Below, piece after piece: positions 8,532-19,015 of a stretch of 64,000 bases of DNA; within the stretch, counting starts at the first letter, position 1, and each line of letters starts with the position of its first letter. The position numbers were made by a program, and so were the translations under genes. Below the pieces are notes generated by a model. The model worked only from the letters and a program-made list of their open reading frames with translations. It was not told the origin of the DNA and searched no databases. This DNA is from an uncultured virus (IMG/VR IMGVR_UViG_3300042866_001374) (lineage: Duplodnaviria > Heunggongvirae > Uroviricota > Caudoviricetes), in the IMG/VR virus record IMGVR_UViG_3300042866_001374; one strand, given 5' to 3'.

Positions 8532-9758
8532 TCATACTCCAGGTTTTTTAACAGGTCTTGAAGGATTATTTAATGGATTTTTTGAAAATCCTGCACGATG
8601 ATCAACTGGTTTTTTCTGAGCACCACCATAAGTATCTGCTCTTGGGTCTTCACCACGTTCGATTGCACCACGAATACCATGCATCTTCATTGATCTATTT
8701 CTAGAATCGCTTCTATACTTTCCATCATCATTAGTTCCCTTTTTAAAAGCATCACTGGCATGTTGTGCTTCCTTTGCCTTCATTTTATCAAGATTAGCAC
8801 TTTTAAAAGCTTCAATGATTTCATCAATAGTATCAAAGTCAAGTTCGTTTGCCATAATCCATTCTGCATCTTCTAAGGTATCTGCATAACCTTCTACACA
8901 AAGATACTCAAGAACGATATCATAAGTATCAAACTCTTCACCCAATTTGGAAGCAACCTTACCAGCACCAGTGGAGACTGCTCTTGCTGCCTTACCTACA
9001 GCACTCTTAGCACCTGCTTTTGCTGCACCTGCTGCACCCTTTACATTACGCTTTGCAACTGCTGCCTTATTCTTAACAGATTGTACTGCTCTGTTTTTGA
9101 CATCAGATGCTGCTTGCTTAGCAGAACGTGCTGCTGCATATCCTGAGACTGCTGCAGATGCTGCCTTTTGCTTTACTTTACCAATTGCAGATTTAATTTT
9201 TGATTTAACTCTAGAACCTACATGCTTGACAACTGCAGAGCGAAGTTCACCTCTACCTTTGCTTGACTGAGTTTTAAGACCTGCACCCTTAACTAAATTA
9301 TGCTTACTTGCATATTTTGCAAGACCAACATGAGACTGCTGCTTAAGTCCCTTTGTAGTCTTCTCAGCAGATCCTTTAGCAGAAATAGCTTTTGTTTTAA
9401 CTTTCTTAACTGTACTCTTAACTGCACCCTTTACCTTTTCCTTTGCTGCAGAGACTGCTGCTGCTCTCTCAGCACCACGCTTAGATGATGAAGTTGACTT
9501 TTGATATGCTCTAGCATCTTTTGATCCAGCAGGAGCATATGGATTAAGTTCCATAATTACTGCTTCAAAAATATCATCTAACTCATCAAGTTCAAGACCT
9601 TCTTCTAAAACTTCATAGACAGTTTCTTCAACAATGTCACTGAAATTCTCTTCAGTCAGATCTTCGATACCGTCGTATTCCTCTGAAAGGAATTCTTCAA
9701 CCAATTCAATTGGTTCATAAATTGCTTGGTATGCTTCAGAAATATTAGTAAAGTTCAT
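8532..9758 (-). CDS. Ala/Lys-rich late protein, probable internal head protein
   Basis: Acidic N-terminal part, Ala/Lys helical repeat, YDIVLEYL..EGYA motif; TATAAATA upstream. Confidence 0.65.
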   Translation of the reverse strand: MNFTNISEAYQAIYEPIELVEEFLSEEYDGIEDLTEENFSDIVEETVYEVLEEGLELDELDDIFEAVIMELNPYAPAGSKDARAYQKSTSSSKRGAERAAAVSAAKEKVKGAVKSTVKKVKTKAISAKGSAEKTTKGLKQQSHVGLAKYASKHNLVKGAGLKTQSSKGRGELRSAVVKHVGSRVKSKIKSAIGKVKQKAASAAVSGYAAARSAKQAASDVKNRAVQSVKNKAAVAKRNVKGAAGAAKAGAKSAVGKAARAVSTGAGKVASKLGEEFDTYDIVLEYLCVEGYADTLEDAEWIMANELDFDTIDEIIEAFKSANLDKMKAKEAQHASDAFKKGTNDDGKYRSDSRNRSMKMHGIRGAIERGEDPRADTYGGAQKKPVDHRAGFSKNPLNNPSRPVKKPGV

Positions 9759-9783
9759 ATCCCTAGAATTAGATGTTTATTTG

Positions 9784-9791
9784 TATTTATA
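9784..9791 (-). promoter_or_regulatory. T4-type late promoter TATAAATA
   Basis: Exact consensus upstream of the 9758 start. Confidence 0.75.
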
Positions 9792-9815
9792 AAAAAAGGG
9801 AGGTTAACCCTCCCT
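9791..9815 (-). terminator. Rho-independent terminator after nrdB
   Basis: AGGGAGG/CCTCCCT stem with T run. Confidence 0.75.
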
Positions 9816-9819
9816 AGTA

Positions 9820-10998
9820 TCAAAGTTTAAATCCAGTAAAAGTATCTTTATTAACATCCTGTTTAATTCCACCAACAACATAAGATTCAACTTCTGTTTC
9901 TTGTGGAGCAACTTGCAATCCTTTTGAAGAAATCCAATGCTGTGTCCAAGGAAGTGGATTGTTCTTTGCAGAAATATCATAAAGAGGTTTAAGACCAATC
10001 GATTTCATTCTACGATTAGCAATCCATTCAACATACTGACAAAGAAGTTTATCATTTAATCCAATCATAGAACCATCTTTAAACAAATATTCTGCCCATC
10101 TCTTTTCTTCATTTACCGCACGTTCAAACATTTTATAGACCCACTCTTCCTCTTCTTTTGCAATTTGCTTCATCTCAGGGTCATCACCATCTCGCCACTT
10201 ATTCAAAATATTTTGGGTAATTGCTAAATGTTGGTTTTCGTCTCTTGCGATAAGACTAATAATTTTAGCTGATCCTTCCATAAGCTTAAGCTCACCAAAT
10301 GCGAAAGAACAAGCAAAGCTAACGTAGAACCTAATACCTTCAAGAATATTGACGTTGGCAACTGCTCTGTAGAGTTTTCGTTTAGCATCTTTGAGTGACT
10401 CCTTTGCTGAGTATACACCCTCTAATCGATGTAACCAATCATGTGAAGAACCGTATTGTTGTGCCGCTTGGATAAAGTCATCATATGACTCAGTAACACT
10501 CCTAGCACGTTCTAGAATACGTTCGTCTGTGATGATAGCGTCGAATACTTCACTAGGGTCGGAATAAACATTTTTAATAATATATGTGTATGAGCGACTA
10601 TGAATCATCTCCATGAATCCCCACACTTCCATACATGCTTCCAATTCAGGAAGTGAGCAGTATGGAATAAATGCCATTCCAGGTCCACGACCCTGAACAG
10701 AGTCCAACATAATCTGATACTTCAAGTTAGAAGTGTAGATATGCTTTTGTTCAGGGCGTAATGTTTGATAGTCACCACGGTCCTTCTGGAGAGATACCTC
10801 TTCAGGTCTCCAGAAGTATCCAAGTTGTTGGGTGGTTAGTTTATCGAAGACTGGATATTTGTATGAATCATATCTCTGGATTCCTAACGGTTGACCAAAA
10901 AACATTGGTTGTTTTTTTAATTCTACTTGTTCGGTGTTAAAAACCGTCATTCCTCTGATATTTTGTTTTTTGTCGGTTTCCAGAAAATTAAATTGCAT
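9820..10998 (-). CDS. nrdB: Ribonucleotide reductase class Ia beta subunit
   Basis: FWRPEEVSL, EMIHSRSY, EGIRFYVSFA, DENQH di-iron ligands, APQETE. Confidence 0.97.
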   Translation of the reverse strand: MQFNFLETDKKQNIRGMTVFNTEQVELKKQPMFFGQPLGIQRYDSYKYPVFDKLTTQQLGYFWRPEEVSLQKDRGDYQTLRPEQKHIYTSNLKYQIMLDSVQGRGPGMAFIPYCSLPELEACMEVWGFMEMIHSRSYTYIIKNVYSDPSEVFDAIITDERILERARSVTESYDDFIQAAQQYGSSHDWLHRLEGVYSAKESLKDAKRKLYRAVANVNILEGIRFYVSFACSFAFGELKLMEGSAKIISLIARDENQHLAITQNILNKWRDGDDPEMKQIAKEEEEWVYKMFERAVNEEKRWAEYLFKDGSMIGLNDKLLCQYVEWIANRRMKSIGLKPLYDISAKNNPLPWTQHWISSKGLQVAPQETEVESYVVGGIKQDVNKDTFTGFKL

Positions 10999-11046
10999 AC
11001 CTCTATGTCTCCCTAAATTATTTAAACTTAAAAAATGTTATCAAAC

Positions 11047-13347
11047 TCAAATTTTACAACTTTCACAATCTTCCTCTTCAGAAGTTTCTAGAATATCATC
11101 AAGAAGATTCTTGACTTTATTATCTATCTTATCTTCAATTTCATCACTCTTCATATCATGAGTGTTCTGATAATAAGAAGTCTTCCAACCATACTTGTAA
11201 GTTCTTAAAAAGTCATTTGCCATTACTGAAGTAGGAACTTCATTATCGGGATAATTTTCTGGATTATACGACCAGTTTCCAGAAATCGCTTGATCGAAGA
11301 ACTTTTGCATAACAGCAACAATATTGATATAACCAGTATTGTCAGGCATATCCCAAAGAAGCGTATAAGCATTCTTAAGTGTTTGATACTGCGGGACAAT
11401 CTGCTTGAGAGGTCCCTTCTTCGACTTTTTAACGGACAAGTATCCGCGAGGAGGTTCGATTCCATTGGTTGCGTTTGACACAACGGAACTGCTCTCCGAT
11501 GGCATCTGTGCGGACAGTGTTGAGTGCCTGAGACCGTGAGCCAGGATTGATGCTCTAAGTTCTTCCCAATCATGTTGAAGGTTAATAGATGAAATTTCGT
11601 CTACGTCTTTTTTGTATGTATCGATTGGGAGAATACCATCAGCATACTTTGTTCTATTGAAATATGTACAAGAACCTTTTTCTTTTGCTATTTGATTAGA
11701 TGATTTCAACAAATAGTATTGAAAAGATTCTGACAATCCATGAACTGCATCCCATGCTTCTTGTGAAGAATAATTATATCCAAGTTTTGCCAAATAGTGT
11801 GCTAGACCAATATACCCTACACCAAGAGAACGACGCGCCTTCGTGGCGATTTCTGCCGCCTTTACTGGGTATTTCTGATAGTCAATTAACTCCTCAAGTC
11901 CTCGAACAGACAAGTCACAAAGTTCTTCAAGTTCTTCATCAGACTTAACTTTTCCAACATTAATGGCAGAAAGAATGCAGAGTGCAATTTCACCTTCACC
12001 ATCAATGTGTTCAAGAGGGTCTGTTGGAAGAGTAATTTCTTGACACAAGTTACTCATATTCACCTTATCTTTAAAAGATGAATGAGAATTACAATGGTCA
12101 ATATTCATAATGTAAATACGACCAGTCTCTGCCCTCTCTTTCAAGAGGTCCAGAATGAGTTCTTGAGCTCCAATAGTTTTTCTTGGAACAGACTGATCTC
12201 GTTCATAATCCACATACATATCGTCAAATCGATCAGTCCCAAAAGCATCATACAGACCAGGAACGTCGTGCGGGGAGAAGAGGGTAATTTCTCCGTCTTG
12301 AATGAATCGTTCATAGAAGAGTTTAGAAATTTGGATACTGTAGTCTAACTTACGAACACGATTATCTTCGGTTCCTTTATTATTTTTTAATACAAGAATG
12401 TCCTCTATTTCTTGGTGCCAGATTGGGAAGTGGACAGTTGCTGATCCACCTCGGATGCCATTTTGAGTGCAGCATCGGACAGTTGCCTCAAACTTTTTGA
12501 GGAATGGGATAACACCTGTATGAGCAACTTCTCCCCCTCGGATTTTGCTGTTGATGCCACGGATGCGACCTGCGTTGATACCGATTCCCGCCCTTTGTGC
12601 AACATACCTGCCGATAGCCATATCAGAAGTAAAGATGCTATCGAGGGTGTCATCAACATCAACAAGAACACAGCTAGCAAATTGTCGAAGTGGAGTTCGC
12701 ACTCCTGCCATGATAGGTGTGGGAATGTTGATTTTGTGCTTTGAGATTGCGTCATAGTACCTCCTGACATATGACATTCTGGTTTCTTTGGGATACTCTG
12801 CAAAGATAGTCAGAGCAATCATCATATACATGAACTGAGGAGTTTCATATACACCTCCACCACTTCTATCCTGCACAAGGTACTTATCAACTACCTGGCG
12901 AAGTCCAGCATAAGTGAATAAGAAATCACGAGTATGGTCAATAAAACTATTAACCTTTGCAAATTCCTCTTTAGTATATCTAGAAAGAATATCTTCATCA
13001 TAGACACCTTTGTTAACGCATTTATCAATATGCTCACTTAAAGTGGGGATATCATGCAGTTTTCCATAAATTGATTTACGAATAGAAAACAAAAGAAGTC
13101 TTGCTGCCACATACTGATAATTTGGGTGTTCAAGATCAATCAAGTCAGAAGCAGACCGAATTAAAATTTCTTGAATTTGAGATGTTGTTACACCATCATA
13201 AAATTGTATTCCAGATTGAATCTCTACTTGAGATGCAGACACTCCCGCAAGGTCTTTACATGCAAGATCAACCATTACATGCATCTTATCAAGGTTGATT
13301 GGTTCAACCTTACCGCTTCTCTTAATTACTTTAATTCCGTTGCTCAT
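11047..13347 (-). CDS. nrdA: Ribonucleotide reductase class Ia alpha subunit
   Basis: ATP cone, QFASC, SNLCQEI, NATNGIEPP, C-terminal CESC. Confidence 0.97.
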   Translation of the reverse strand: MSNGIKVIKRSGKVEPINLDKMHVMVDLACKDLAGVSASQVEIQSGIQFYDGVTTSQIQEILIRSASDLIDLEHPNYQYVAARLLLFSIRKSIYGKLHDIPTLSEHIDKCVNKGVYDEDILSRYTKEEFAKVNSFIDHTRDFLFTYAGLRQVVDKYLVQDRSGGGVYETPQFMYMMIALTIFAEYPKETRMSYVRRYYDAISKHKINIPTPIMAGVRTPLRQFASCVLVDVDDTLDSIFTSDMAIGRYVAQRAGIGINAGRIRGINSKIRGGEVAHTGVIPFLKKFEATVRCCTQNGIRGGSATVHFPIWHQEIEDILVLKNNKGTEDNRVRKLDYSIQISKLFYERFIQDGEITLFSPHDVPGLYDAFGTDRFDDMYVDYERDQSVPRKTIGAQELILDLLKERAETGRIYIMNIDHCNSHSSFKDKVNMSNLCQEITLPTDPLEHIDGEGEIALCILSAINVGKVKSDEELEELCDLSVRGLEELIDYQKYPVKAAEIATKARRSLGVGYIGLAHYLAKLGYNYSSQEAWDAVHGLSESFQYYLLKSSNQIAKEKGSCTYFNRTKYADGILPIDTYKKDVDEISSINLQHDWEELRASILAHGLRHSTLSAQMPSESSSVVSNATNGIEPPRGYLSVKKSKKGPLKQIVPQYQTLKNAYTLLWDMPDNTGYINIVAVMQKFFDQAISGNWSYNPENYPDNEVPTSVMANDFLRTYKYGWKTSYYQNTHDMKSDEIEDKIDNKVKNLLDDILETSEEEDCESCKI

Positions 13348-14315
13348 ATTTTCTTCCAAGTGGTAAATTTAAGTTTTGCTTCTAATCCAGAATAAGTATT
13401 TAATTCTATCACGGACTTAACATCAAGTCCAGATAAAACCATATCATTAATATCTTTTTCTTTTATACTAGAGGGCCAGATGACAATTCTTTCTCCTCGT
13501 TCAATGGCACGAGCAATGCGGGAGACGATTTCGGCATTACGTGGTTCGTTATCATAGATCCAAACAGGATTGCTAATACCCCACTTACCAAGATCACCAT
13601 CAGCTCCACAAAGAGCAATCGAGTTTGGAATGAAAGTGGAATCGAACGGACCTTCGGTGACGTAGATAGTTTTGTCTTTTTGTATTTGATTGAGTCCATA
13701 AATTTTTGGGGCATCTTCACTAAGCATCACAGTAATATATTTAACAGAGTTTGAACCTAAGGATCTTCCCTGGAATCCAATCAAGTTATTATCAGTATCA
13801 TACATTGGTATAATAATGCGACTTTCATCTCTACCAATGGTGTCGAACGTAACTTTTTGAGTGTTAGTCCACTCTTTAAATTTGTCAGTGAAATAAAACT
13901 TTTCTGGATTAAGTTTTCTATTTTCTAGATACTCTCTGGCAATTGGAACTTCTGATGCTTTGGGCAAATCCAGTTTCTTTTTAAATACTGGTTTTGCAAA
14001 TTCAAATTTAGGTTCTTCTGTTGTAAAATTTTTTCCAGTATGACCTTCTTTAAATTTTTCTAAAGTATATTTTTTATAAAGTTCGGAGTCAACCTTTTTT
14101 AAGAAGTTATTAAAAGATAAACTAACTCCACAGTTATGGCATTTATAATTTGCATTATTCTTTACATTGTAAATATATCCACGCGCCTTAGTTTTGTTCT
14201 TTTGAGAATCTCCACAAATTGGACACCTAAAATTATACAGGTCTTTCTTTACAAACTTAAACTTTTGAAGACGAGGAGCTATTAGGTTAATAAACCTAAC
14301 GTCAACATAATCCAT
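13344..14315 (-). CDS. gp61: DNA primase (T4 gp61)
   Basis: Zn ribbon CPICGDS…CHNC, TOPRIM EGPFDS, DNEPRN. Confidence 0.95.
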   Translation of the reverse strand: MDYVDVRFINLIAPRLQKFKFVKKDLYNFRCPICGDSQKNKTKARGYIYNVKNNANYKCHNCGVSLSFNNFLKKVDSELYKKYTLEKFKEGHTGKNFTTEEPKFEFAKPVFKKKLDLPKASEVPIAREYLENRKLNPEKFYFTDKFKEWTNTQKVTFDTIGRDESRIIIPMYDTDNNLIGFQGRSLGSNSVKYITVMLSEDAPKIYGLNQIQKDKTIYVTEGPFDSTFIPNSIALCGADGDLGKWGISNPVWIYDNEPRNAEIVSRIARAIERGERIVIWPSSIKEKDINDMVLSGLDVKSVIELNTYSGLEAKLKFTTWKKI

Positions 14316-14340
14316 AACAATTAATTTGAGTTGACCAATA

Positions 14341-14478
14341 CTACCATCCCCAGAACCTGCTGTCAACCTCCAAATCCATTAAACAGACACTAATAACGCT
14401 AGTCCATTTAATGACTGTGTTTGTTAATTCTTGTAGACAGTAAACTGAGTCAATATTCTTATGTTGTTTCTTAATCAT
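14341..14478 (-). CDS. Small hypothetical protein
   Basis: MIKKQHKNIDSVYCLQ… fills the intergenic gap. Confidence 0.45.
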   Translation of the reverse strand: MIKKQHKNIDSVYCLQELTNTVIKWTSVISVCLMDLEVDSRFWGW

Positions 14479-14501
14479 GGTTCTAACTAAACCATGATTA
14501 T

Positions 14502-14912
14502 TTATTTTGTGCGCTCTATTATAACCTGTTGTGGAGCGGTTGGTTTTGGTATAAATCCGTTGAATAATGTAAGTCCCAAAACAAAAACAGCAAGGACTCC
14601 TCCTGCCTGCCATCTAAACTTTGATAACTCATCCAATTTTGTTTGAATTATTTGAAATCTTTGTTCTATTTCCTGATGCTCTTTATTATTATCTTCCTTC
14701 ATCTCATCAATCATTTTGATGAGAAGGTCATCATTCTTCATGCTTTGCTCAATCCTTTCGTCGTGCTTTGCAAGGATTGTTGCAATGCGAGAATTACCTT
14801 CTGAAATTTTATCAACCGCTGCTTCTAACTTTGCTAGCATTTCGCGGGATAAATCTTCGTAAATACCGAGTTTAGATTCAAGAACCGCTAATTTTGATTC
14901 TTGGGAAAACAT
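14502..14912 (-). CDS. Coiled-coil protein with C-terminal TM helix
   Basis: 136 aa ORF, heptad pattern then a hydrophobic segment. Confidence 0.75.
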   Translation of the reverse strand: MFSQESKLAVLESKLGIYEDLSREMLAKLEAAVDKISEGNSRIATILAKHDERIEQSMKNDDLLIKMIDEMKEDNNKEHQEIEQRFQIIQTKLDELSKFRWQAGGVLAVFVLGLTLFNGFIPKPTAPQQVIIERTK

Positions 14913-14913
14913 A

Positions 14914-15114
14914 TTACCTCTTTTTGTTTTTCCTTAAAAATTTACTGTATTCTTTTGGAAGTCTTCTCATAACTTTAGTTCTTCCATCCATCACAGGGTC
15001 AAATCCAGCAACTGTTGTAGGTTCACCTTTTGACGTATATCCACCACTTGTTCCTGGGGCATTAGCAACCATATTTTCTCGAATAATTTGAATGATTTTA
15101 TCAAGTGGGTTCAT
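14914..15114 (-). CDS. Hypothetical protein
   Basis: 66 aa ORF in operon; AGFDP motif. Confidence 0.65.
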   Translation of the reverse strand: MNPLDKIIQIIRENMVANAPGTSGGYTSKGEPTTVAGFDPVMDGRTKVMRRLPKEYSKFLRKNKKR

Positions 15115-15490
15115 CTTTATAAACCTTCCGTAGTTCTGCTAAACAGTGAATGTCAACAGGAATATCGTGGATATAAGTTTTAGGATATTCTGGGAGTCTA
15201 TTCAAAAATATAATAAATGTTTTCATTACATCCCATAAATCCCTTTCTATCTTATAAAAGAGCATTGGTGTAGCTGCTTCTCCAAAAATATTATAAAGAA
15301 TTATAAAATGATTAATCAAAAGATGAGTTTTCAATTGACCACTGTTTCTATACCTTTTAAGTAATCTTTTGATATACTTAAAATGATTTAGGTCTTTATC
15401 AAAATCATCTTTTGTAACCGCTTGAGGGTTCTCATAATTTTTTATAGCAAATAATAAAAAATTATCTTCATTCAATTCAGTAAAATTCAT
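15101..15490 (-). CDS. Conserved T4-like phage hypothetical protein
   Basis: FAIKNYENP…KYIKRLL…LINHFIILYNIFG. Confidence 0.8.
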   Translation of the reverse strand: MNFTELNEDNFLLFAIKNYENPQAVTKDDFDKDLNHFKYIKRLLKRYRNSGQLKTHLLINHFIILYNIFGEAATPMLFYKIERDLWDVMKTFIIFLNRLPEYPKTYIHDIPVDIHCLAELRKVYKDEPT

Positions 15491-15505
15491 ATTTTCAACT
15501 ATCTA

Positions 15506-16276
15506 TCAAGCAAGTGGATTGCCGTCATAAATTGGAGTATTACCAGTTGTAATTCCAGACATTGCAACTAGAGTTTCCTTTTTAACTCTAAGATTGCCGT
15601 GTTGGTCAACATAGGTAGTAACACCAACCCATCCACCATGAGTTAATTCATAAGCAGTTGTTGCTGAACTTTCCAGTCCAGCAGCAGCAACACCGTAAAC
15701 ACTCTTACCATAAGTACCACTTGATCTAGTGATATTTACAGCAGCACCACTTGCAAGAGAACTTGCAATTGTTGAACCAAAGGATACTGTAGTAGAAGCA
15801 ATGGAAACAATTACTTTAGAGACACTACCACTTACAAAAGTATCTCCAGCAATAATTCCCGCAGTTGATGCGATTGCAACAGTTGCCACGCCAACAGCAG
15901 CAGTTGAAGCTACACTTGTTTGAACTACAACTGTGGTCTCCGCAGAGTTACTCTGCACATTATATTGAGTGTAATTGCTATCAATAACTGTATATTTTGG
16001 AAGTTCACTAATATCAAATGCCAATCCAGAAATTGCTGCTCCACTTAAACCAGCAGTTGATGCAATTGATAGTTGTTGTGTTCCAGCAATACTAACAATT
16101 ACAGCATCGCCAACATAGGTGCTATCAGTTCTACTACCAAATCTAATTACATTTCCAGTGGCAGCAGCACCAACTTGACCAAACGTAGTTCCAGAACCAG
16201 TAACAACAAGAGTAGCATAATTCAGAGAGACTGTACCCCCTGAAAACTTAGCATCATTATTTCCCCAGAGTGCCAT
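15506..16276 (-). CDS. Putative virion structural protein
   Basis: MALWG start, HGGWVGVTTYVDQHGNLRVKKETLVAMS C-terminal motif, late promoter upstream. Confidence 0.7.
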   Translation of the reverse strand: MALWGNNDAKFSGGTVSLNYATLVVTGSGTTFGQVGAAATGNVIRFGSRTDSTYVGDAVIVSIAGTQQLSIASTAGLSGAAISGLAFDISELPKYTVIDSNYTQYNVQSNSAETTVVVQTSVASTAAVGVATVAIASTAGIIAGDTFVSGSVSKVIVSIASTTVSFGSTIASSLASGAAVNITRSSGTYGKSVYGVAAAGLESSATTAYELTHGGWVGVTTYVDQHGNLRVKKETLVAMSGITTGNTPIYDGNPLA

Positions 16277-16307
16277 GTGATTGCCTAAGATAACTATTTT
16301 CTTTTTT

Positions 16308-16315
16308 TATTTATA
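16308..16315 (-). promoter_or_regulatory. T4-type late promoter TATAAATA
   Basis: Exact consensus. Confidence 0.75.
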
Positions 16316-16344
16316 AAAACACTGAGGTAGAAAAAAAGGACCTT

Positions 16345-16509
16345 TTATTTTTTAGGTCCCTTATGAAGAACTACTCTTAAAAAATTTGTAGTCAAATCCA
16401 GTAATCCATTTTCTTCAAATCTTTTTGTTTTTGATAACCACTCAGATGTAGTAAACAATAGACCAAGAATAATGGTTACTCCCCAGTTAGTTACAAAACA
16501 AGTAATCAT
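16345..16509 (-). CDS. Small membrane protein
   Basis: Manual translation MITCFVTNWGVTIILGLLFTTSEWLSKTKRFEENGLLD… (54 aa); ATGA overlap with upstream gene. Confidence 0.55.
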   Translation of the reverse strand: MITCFVTNWGVTIILGLLFTTSEWLSKTKRFEENGLLDLTTNFLRVVLHKGPKK

Positions 16510-16679
16510 GCTTGTGGTGTAAAGAGTTTATCTTTAACCAATTCATAAACTACGTTGTCAATACTATTATCTGTACTATCAACGTACTTCTTGAGCAAGT
16601 CTAGAACAAGATTCTTGACCGCTGGATGTGTTGCAATTTGAATTAGAAGTGGTTTTACCACTGCTACTACTGCGCCCAT
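16506..16679 (-). CDS. Hypothetical protein
   Basis: MGAVVAVVKPLL…TDNSIDN; GGAGG upstream. Confidence 0.7.
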   Translation of the reverse strand: MGAVVAVVKPLLIQIATHPAVKNLVLDLLKKYVDSTDNSIDNVVYELVKDKLFTPQA

Positions 16680-16717
16680 GATGACCTCCGTATGAGAGTA
16701 TCCTGGCCTATTTAGTA

Positions 16718-19003
16718 TCAATCAAATCTAGAAGACATATTATCTCTTGCTCTTTGAGCATCAGCACGACGTTTTGCAACTTTTTGTGCGGGAGATGCTG
16801 GAGCACCATATTGTCCTGCAGTAGGTGGTTTCTTACCAGGGACTTTCTTTTGTCCTCTTGGTTGAATAGCACCACCAGCACCCATCCTTCCAGCACCCAT
16901 GGTTTTGTGCATATGTCTCATTACTTTTGAATGAGTATCATCACCACCCATGGTTCCACCTTTAGTTACTGGTTTACCAGTTTTATAATCCTTACCCTTT
17001 TCTTTTTCATAACGATTTAATTCATCAAGTTCAGTCTCCTCTTGATATGCACTTTTACGTGTTGCTAAAATTCTTTCTAACTTTGCTTTAGCATTTAAAG
17101 TTTGCTGTTGTTCAGTGTCTTTTTGTTTTGGTGACAACGATGATTGTGGATCTACTGCTTCTTTTGCCTCAATTTTTTTAGCAATTTTATGTGCTTTTTT
17201 AATAGTCGATTTTTCTAGTGGTGGAGTGTCACCAGTTGACTTCATCGCTGCTGCCATACCGATTGCATAGGGTTCTCTTGCTGCTTCAGGAACACAATTA
17301 GGAACCTCTTTACCATTTTTAATTTTTGTTCCTCTAGCAACTTTACCAGGCCAACACTTACTAGCACCGACATTTTTACGTGCTTGTGCAAGATCTTCAT
17401 CAACTACATCACCTTCTGGTTCAAAAGATGATTTTTGAAGATGTGCTGCTGCTTTATATGCAGGGTTGCCTGACTTAAAGTTTTGCCATGCTTTAGTATT
17501 TCCAGTCTTATCTGCTTTGGTAACAACCATTCGGGTATCTTTTGGTTCCTTTTTTTGACCCCCATAAACGGCTTCATCCATCTCATAAGAATTTTTAAGG
17601 ACTTTGTGTGCTGCTTGTGCTGCTTTTGCAGTTGCCTTTACACCAGATGCTACTCCTTTACCAAATTCAGATGCACCCTTCGCTGCAACTTTTACTGCCT
17701 TACCAGCAGTTGCGGTTGCCGCTTTATGGCGCTCCATACCTTGCTGATATGCCTTAACAGCACCAAGAACACCTCTAGCAATCCTATCCTTTAAAGGTTT
17801 TTTAGCAGGTTGTTGCTTTTTGGCACTTGCAACAGCAGATTGTCTTTGCAGTGCTGCCTTCATTCCCGATGGTTTTGAAGAAGATGCCTTCGATTCAGAA
17901 TCTTTTCTTGCTTGCTTTTCTTTACGAAGTCTAGCAATAGCAGCAGTTTTTGCACCACCTTTAAGAGAACCTACAGATTTACCAGCTTTGGTTTTTGGTT
18001 CTACTCTTACCCCACCTGCTCTTGCTTCAGTAAGGATATATTCTTCAGACAATTCAAATACAAATTGGACAAAATCTTCGATACCAAGTTCTTCAATTAA
18101 AATATCTACTCCAGTAGAATTTAATCCTTCTTGATAAAAATACTCTGATGCAATATCAACAGATTCTAAAATACTTTCTTCTTTTAATTGTGGATTAATT
18201 ACAATTTTATTATTTACATTTTTCTCTGAAATTTTTTTAACATCACCATTTTTGGAATTTTGAATGACTTCATGAAGTTCATTTCTCCAATCTGAAAATT
18301 CTTCAAATGATTCTTTTCTTACTTTTTTATTTCTAGTGTCTTGCCCATTAGGAGTTCCACCAGTTGCTCTTTGAATAGCATTATGAACTGCTCCTGCATG
18401 TTCTTTACTTCCACTTTCAATCTTACCATCCCCATCATAATCCTTCTTTGCCTTTTTGCCACCTGGTTTATGTTGAAGAGCAGCAGCAGTTTGTTCACCC
18501 TTTTTCTTTTCACCCTCATATGGACTACCATATGAAGTTCCAGTTACAGATTGAATTTGAGGATTGGATCTCAGTTGATGAATTTTTGTTCTAGAAGCAT
18601 ATCTACGATATGGTTTTCCATATCCTTTTGCTGGAGTAACTAAAACTTTTTGCTTATCTTCTTCTTCAATTTGATCAACTTCTTCTTTAACTCCACCACT
18701 AAAAAGCATTGCCTTTGCAGCATCCTTAACTGGAGCTGATGCACTAGAATTTTGAAGTGCTTGAGTAAACGCTCTCTCTAAAGGAATACCTTCTCGTCTT
18801 GCCTTGTATCTTGTATCGTATGCAAGTTGTCTTGCTTGCTTTTTAATATTGTCTTCCCCGCCACCACCAGCAGCATCCTTTTTATCACCACCAGATCCGC
18901 TGGAAGATGCAGATGATTTGCCTAATTGAGGTTTAATTTTTGCTTCCATCTCAGTCAAGTAAACTTGATGGAGGTCTGTGATGATATGCTGTAGTTTTGC
19001 CAT
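16718..19003 (-). CDS. Large modular Lys/Ala-rich protein, probable internal head protein
   Basis: 761 aa; basic modules separated by acidic Glu-rich linkers; DYDGDGKIES and CWPGK…VPNCV modules. Confidence 0.7.
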   Translation of the reverse strand: MAKLQHIITDLHQVYLTEMEAKIKPQLGKSSASSSGSGGDKKDAAGGGGEDNIKKQARQLAYDTRYKARREGIPLERAFTQALQNSSASAPVKDAAKAMLFSGGVKEEVDQIEEEDKQKVLVTPAKGYGKPYRRYASRTKIHQLRSNPQIQSVTGTSYGSPYEGEKKKGEQTAAALQHKPGGKKAKKDYDGDGKIESGSKEHAGAVHNAIQRATGGTPNGQDTRNKKVRKESFEEFSDWRNELHEVIQNSKNGDVKKISEKNVNNKIVINPQLKEESILESVDIASEYFYQEGLNSTGVDILIEELGIEDFVQFVFELSEEYILTEARAGGVRVEPKTKAGKSVGSLKGGAKTAAIARLRKEKQARKDSESKASSSKPSGMKAALQRQSAVASAKKQQPAKKPLKDRIARGVLGAVKAYQQGMERHKAATATAGKAVKVAAKGASEFGKGVASGVKATAKAAQAAHKVLKNSYEMDEAVYGGQKKEPKDTRMVVTKADKTGNTKAWQNFKSGNPAYKAAAHLQKSSFEPEGDVVDEDLAQARKNVGASKCWPGKVARGTKIKNGKEVPNCVPEAAREPYAIGMAAAMKSTGDTPPLEKSTIKKAHKIAKKIEAKEAVDPQSSLSPKQKDTEQQQTLNAKAKLERILATRKSAYQEETELDELNRYEKEKGKDYKTGKPVTKGGTMGGDDTHSKVMRHMHKTMGAGRMGAGGAIQPRGQKKVPGKKPPTAGQYGAPASPAQKVAKRRADAQRARDNMSSRFD

Positions 19004-19015
19004 TACTCTAATTAG

